Program-made: the position numbers and the translations under genes
Notes under the pieces: model-generated
What the model was told of the DNA's origin: nothing
The model's database searches: none
The model's input: only the letters and a program-made list of their open reading frames with translations
DNA from: the human T2T-CHM13v2.0 reference genome, Homo sapiens
Reading direction: 5' to 3' (one strand)
Length of the DNA stretch: 64,000 nucleotides
Assembly: GCF_009914755.1 (NCBI RefSeq)
Contig: NC_060947.1
In this document: positions 60,531 through 64,000 of the stretch, piece by piece
Numbering within the stretch: position 1 is the stretch's first letter
How the letters are laid out: each line of letters starts with the position of its first letter

Positions 60531-61435
60531 CTTTGTGGTTTTATCTACTTTTGGTCTTTGATGATGGTGATGTACAGATGGGTTTTTGGTGTGGATGTCC
60601 TTTCTGTTTGTTAGTTTTCCTTCTAACAGACAGGACCCTCAGCTGCAGGTCTGTTGGAATACCCTGCCGTGTGAGGTGTCAGTGTGCCCCTGCAGGGGGG
60701 TGCCACCCAGTTAGGCTGCTCGGGGGTCAGGGGTCAGGGACCCACTTGAGGAGGCAGTCTGCCCGTTCTCAGATCTCCAGCTGCATGCTGGGAGAACCAC
60801 TGCTCTCTTCAAAGCTGTCAGACAGGGACATTTAAGTCTGCAGAGGTTACTGCTGTCTTTTTGTTTGTCTGTGCCCTGCCCCCAGAGGTGGAGCCTACAG
60901 AGGCAGGCAGGCCTCCTTGAGCGGTGGTGGGCTCCACCTAGTTCGAGCTTCCAGGCTGCTTTGTTTACCTAAGCAAGCCTGGGCAATGGTGGGCGCCCCT
61001 CCCCAAGCCTCGCTGCCTCCTTGCAGTTTGATCTCAGACTGCTGTGCTAGCAATCAGTGAGACTCCGTGGGTGTAGGACCCTCCGAGCCAGGTGCGGTAT
61101 ATAATCTCGTGGTGCACCATTTTTTAAGCCCGTCGGAAAAGCGCAGTATTCAGGTGGGAGTGACCCGATTTTCCAGGTGCCATCTGTCACCCCTTTCTTT
61201 GACTCGGAAAGGGAACTCCCTGACCCCTTGCGCTTCCCGAGTGAGGCAATGCTTCGCCCTGCTTCGGCTAGCGCACGGTGCACGCACCCACTGACCTGCG
61301 CCCACTGTCTGGCACTCCCTAGTGAGATGAACCCGGTACCTCAGATGGAAATGCAGAAATCACCCATCTTCTGCGTCGCTCACACTGGGAGCTGTAGACC
61401 AGAGCTGTTCCTATTCGGCCATCTTGGCTCCTCCC
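60531..61435 (-). promoter_or_regulatory. L1 5' UTR: internal sense promoter now facing left, antisense promoter facing right; YY1 site intact at 61416-61426
   Basis: About 905 bp of 5' UTR with CAAGATGGCCG on the minus strand. Promoter activity is inferred from the family, not shown. Confidence 0.8.
60986..61294 (+). pseudogene. L1 ORF0, interrupted by a stop at codon 25
   Basis: ATG at 60986 gives MVGAPPQASLPPCSLISDCCASNQ*, TGA at 61058-61060, then DSVGVGPSEPG...VGVTRFSRC in the same frame. Confidence 0.85.

Positions 61436-64000
<2,565 letters not shown>

Larger units (their letters stand above)
59626..61435 (-). mobile_element. Inverted 5' segment (complete 5' UTR plus most of ORF1) of a young L1PA2/3
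   Basis: The minus strand begins GGGAGGAGCCAAGATGGCCGAATAGGAACAGCT at 61435; ORF1 ATG at 60530. Confidence 0.96.

Overview
Primate (human-like) AT-rich genomic DNA made almost entirely of transposable elements. By my own tally about 70% is LINE-1, from old L1M/L1MA to young L1PA2/3. The rest includes six Alus, a MER11 (HERV-K11) solo LTR, a MER74-like LTR, several MaLR LTRs (one as a complete two-LTR MST provirus) and old L2/MIR remnants. I see no host protein-coding gene, RNA gene or CRISPR array; every long ORF in the track is an L1, Alu or LTR fragment. I do not find a convincingly new biological system. The best candidate for something functional is the young L1 at 59.6-64 kb. Its whole 5' UTR and most of ORF1 are inverted by twin priming, so the antisense promoter faces ORF2. 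The inversion junction also creates a new upstream ORF that ends at the native ORF1 stop, ahead of a 609-aa ORF2 with an intact endonuclease. The window also records two more twin-priming inversions, three probable L1 insertion-mediated deletions, two ~100-bp locally templated copies and a perfect 44-bp tandem duplication. Subfamily names come from recalled consensus features and need RepeatMasker/Dfam confirmation; boundaries of old elements are approximate.
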